From assembly GCA_965287045.1 (NCBI GenBank), contig OZ336876.1:56110001-56174000 (forward strand): a DNA stretch of 64,000 bases, in the 5' to 3' direction. The DNA is from Carcharhinus amblyrhynchos. Lineage: Eukaryota. Shown in pieces: positions 61,173 to 64,000 of the stretch. Both the position numbers and the translations under genes were made by a program. Position 1 is the stretch's first letter. Each line of letters starts with the position of its first letter. A model generated the notes under the pieces. The model had not been told where the DNA came from, did not search any database, and saw nothing but the letters and a program-made list of their open reading frames with translations.

Positions 61173-64000
61173 TACATAAGAACATAAGAAATAGGAGCAG
61201 GAGTAGCCCATCTGGCCCTTCGAGCCTGCCCCGCCATTCAATAAGATCATGGCTGATCTGTCGTGGCTCAGTTCCACTTTCCCGCCCTCTCCCCATAACC
61301 CTTAATCCCTTCTCTTATCAAAAACCCATCAACCCGCTTCTTAAAAATATTTAGCGAGGCAGCCTCCACCACTTCAACGGGCAGAGAATTCCAGAGATTC
61401 ACCACCCTTTGAGTGAAGAAGTTCCTCCTCAACTCCGTTCTGAACCGCCCCCCCTTTATCTTGAGGCTGTGCCCCCTAGTCCTACTGTCTTTTTTGAGCG
61501 GGAAGAGTCTTTCCACCTCTATCCTATCCATCCCATTCATCATCTTATACGTCTCAATGAGATCTCCCCTCATTCTTCTAAACTCTAACGAGTACAAGCC
61601 TAGTTTATTCAGCCTCTCCTCATAGCTCAACCCCCTCAACTCCGGTATCAGCCTAGTAAACCTCCTCTGCACTCCCTCCAAGGCCAAAATATCCTTGCGC
61701 AGGTGCGGCGCCCAAAACTGCACACAGTACTCCAGCTGCGGCCTCACCAATGCCCTATACAGCTGCAGCAAGACCTCCCTACTTTTATATTCAATCCCCC
61801 TCGCTATGAAGGCCAGCATCCCATTCGCCTTCCTGACCACCTGCTGCACCTGCAGGCTGGGTTTTTGCGACTCATGCACAAGGACCCCGAGGTCCCTCTG
61901 CACCGTCGCCTGCTGCAGTTTTTCGCCACGTAAGTAATAGTCCTTCCTACCATTCTTCCTACCAAAGTGGACCACCTCACACTTGCCAACATTAAATTCC
62001 ATTTGCCATTTCCTGGCCCATTCGCCCAGCCTATCTAGATCCTTCTGCAGACTCTCCACACCCTCCGCACAATTTGCCTTTCCCCCAATCTTGGTGTCAT
62101 CAGCAAATTTCGACACCCTACACTCGGTTCCCTCCTCCAGATCATCTATATAAATGGTAAATAGCTGAGGCCCCAGCACCGACCCCTGGGGCACCCCACT
62201 AGTCACCAACCGCCAATCCGAATAGCACCCATTGACCCCCACTCTCTGCCTCCTATTTGACAACCAATCCTCTATCCACGCTAACACCCTACCCCCAACT
62301 CCATGTCCTCTGACCTTCTGCAGTAACCTCTTGTGAGGTACCTTATCAAACGCCTTCTGAAAATCCAGAAAGACCACATCCACCGGCTCTCCTCTATCCA
62401 CCGCCCTAGACACATCCTCATAGAACTCCAGTAAATTTGTCAGACACGACTTCCCTTTAATGAAACCGTGTTGCGTCTGCCCTATCAAGCAATTCCCTTC
62501 AAGATGCCTCGCAATTTCCTCCTTAATGACGGATTCTAACATTTTACCTACCACAGACGTTAAACTAACCGGCCTGTAATTCCCCGCCTTTTGCCTGGCA
62601 CCCTTCTTAAACAACGGCGTAACATTAGCCGTTTTCCAATCCTCCGGCACTTCCCCGGAATCCAGCGACGTCTGGAAAATAACCACCAAGGCATCCACTA
62701 TCACCTCCGCCATTTCTTTCAGAACCCTCGGATGCATTCCATCCGGTCCTGGGGACTTGTCCACAATCAGCCCCTCCAGTCTGTTGCGCACCACCTCTCT
62801 AGTAACAGTAATGTCATTAAGACCCTCCAGTCCTACCACCTTTCCATCGCTAACACCCGGCAAATTATTCACGTCCTCCTCCGTGAAGACAGAAACAAAA
62901 AAGTTATTCAAGACCTTAGCCATATCCCCATCCCCTACCACTAGGTCCCCTTTCTCATCCGCTAAGGGACCAACGTTCACCCTAGCCAGCCTCTTCCTTT
63001 TTATATATTTATAAAAACTCTTGCTATCCTTTTTTATATTAAGCGCTAGCCCAGCTTCATAGCTTCTTCTACCCTCCTTTATCAACTTTTTTGTCAATCT
63101 TTGTTGACATTTAAACCTCTCCCAATCCTCTTCTCGCCCACTGCTCTTAGCTACTCTAAATTCCTCCGCTTTTAATTTAACACTTTCCTTCACCTCCTTC
63201 GTTATCCACGGCTTATTACCTCTCTTCCTACTGTCCTTTTTAACCATCGGAATAAATTTCTGCTGAGCACCAAGAAAGATCTCCTTAAAGATCCTCCACT
63301 GCTCCTCAGCAGACCTACCTTCCAACGCGCTCCCCCAGTCCACATTCGCCAATTCTTCTCTCATCCTACCATACTCCCCTCTATTCAAACAAAGGACACG
63401 TGTCCGGGAACCCACTTTCTCCTCCTCCATCTGCAACAGAAACTCCACCATACAATGATCACTCTCTCCAAGAGGATCCTTCACCTCAAGGTCCCTAATT
63501 CTACCCGCCTCATTACATAGCACCAGATCCAAGATAGCTCGCTCCCTCGTCGGCTCCAACACACACTGTTCCAGGAAACTATCCCGGCAGCATTCCAAGA
63601 ACTCCTCCTCGAGCCCACCTCGTCCAACATGGGTCGACCAATCAATATGCAGATTGAAATCCCCCATAACTACTGCCGTCCCATTCCTGCACGCCGCACT
63701 TATTTGCGCGTTAACAGCCCGCCCCACCTCCAGATCATTATTCGGGGGCCTATAGACGACACCCACCAGCGTCTTCCTCCCTTTGCTGTTCCTAATCTCC
63801 ACCCACAACGATTCCACTTTCTGCTCTTTGGCTCCGATATCATCCCTTGCTACCACCTTGATGCTGTCCTTAATCAGCAGAGCTACGCCACCCCCTCTTT
63901 CCTCCTGCCTATCCTTCCTAAACACTTGATAGCCCTGTACATTCATCTCCCAGTCCCTGTCACCTTGCAGCCACGTCTCTGTAATGGCCACCAGATCGTA
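61173..64000 (-). mobile_element. Young CR1 LINE extending beyond the window
   Basis: (CATAAGAA)n 8-mer tail at 61174-61190, short 3' UTR, uninterrupted ORF2 and many intact CpGs. Confidence 0.98.
61268..64000 (-). CDS. CR1 ORF2 (APE endonuclease + reverse transcriptase), 5'-partial
   Basis: Open to the window edge; APE motifs AITETWL, YRPP, MGDFN and SDH; RT motifs DFQKAFDKVPH, PQGSVLGP and KFADDTK. Confidence 0.97.
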   Translation of the reverse strand, partial: YDLVAITETWLQGDRDWEMNVQGYQVFRKDRQEERGGGVALLIKDSIKVVARDDIGAKEQKVESLWVEIRNSKGRKTLVGVVYRPPNNDLEVGRAVNAQISAACRNGTAVVMGDFNLHIDWSTHVGRGGLEEEFLECCRDSFLEQCVLEPTRERAILDLVLCNEAGRIRDLEVKDPLGESDHCMVEFLLQMEEEKVGSRTRVLCLNRGEYGRMREELANVDWGSALEGRSAEEQWRIFKEIFLGAQQKFIPMVKKDSRKRGNKPWITKEVKESVKLKAEEFRVAKSSGREEDWERFKCQQRLTKKLIKEGRRSYEAGLALNIKKDSKSFYKYIKRKRLARVNVGPLADEKGDLVVGDGDMAKVLNNFFVSVFTEEDVNNLPGVSDGKVVGLEGLNDITVTREVVRNRLEGLIVDKSPGPDGMHPRVLKEMAEVIVDALVVIFQTSLDSGEVPEDWKTANVTPLFKKGARQKAGNYRPVSLTSVVGKMLESVIKEEIARHLEGNCLIGQTQHGFIKGKSCLTNLLEFYEDVSRAVDRGEPVDVVFLDFQKAFDKVPHKRLLQKVRGHGVGGRVLAWIEDWLSNRRQRVGVNGCYSDWRLVTSGVPQGSVLGPQLFTIYIDDLEEGTECRVSKFADDTKIGGKANCAEGVESLQKDLDRLGEWARKWQMEFNVGKCEVVHFGRKNGRKDYYLRGEKLQQATVQRDLGVLVHESQKPSLQVQQVVRKANGMLAFIARGIEYKSREVLLQLYRALVRPQLEYCVQFWAPHLRKDILALEGVQRRFTRLIPELRGLSYEERLNKLGLYSLEFRRMRGDLIETYKMMNGMDRIEVERLFPLKKDSRTRGHSLKIKGGRFRTELRRNFFTQRVVNLWNSLPVEVVEAASLNIFKKRVDGFLIREGIKGYGERAGKWN

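Overview
Eukaryotic, repeat-rich vertebrate DNA with no prokaryotic features. The repeat complement (many CR1 LINEs, HE1-like V-SINEs, Deu-domain SINEs, Rex1/Babar LINEs, Penelope-like ends) points to a cartilaginous fish, probably a shark; this is an inference from family recognition, not a database result. The only host-gene signal I can support is a CpG-enriched, transposon-free promoter-like region (about 19.9-21.6 kb) ending in a 76-nt signal-peptide-like first coding exon (21479-21554, +). It is followed by a very long intron with no convincing second exon in the window, and I could not name the gene. The rest is a mosaic of nested retroelements, including a young CR1 with an uninterrupted ORF2 at the right edge and a decayed Copia (GalEa-like) gag-protease relic. 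The most unusual items are fold-back Penelope mini-insertions carrying hammerhead-ribozyme cores, a young CR1 whose long 3' UTR contains a G:U-rich hairpin and a captured SINE, a G-rich 30-bp minisatellite just inside intron 1, and two local templated duplications. I found no evidence of a new multi-gene system. Boundaries of decayed repeats are approximate, and all alignments were done by eye.
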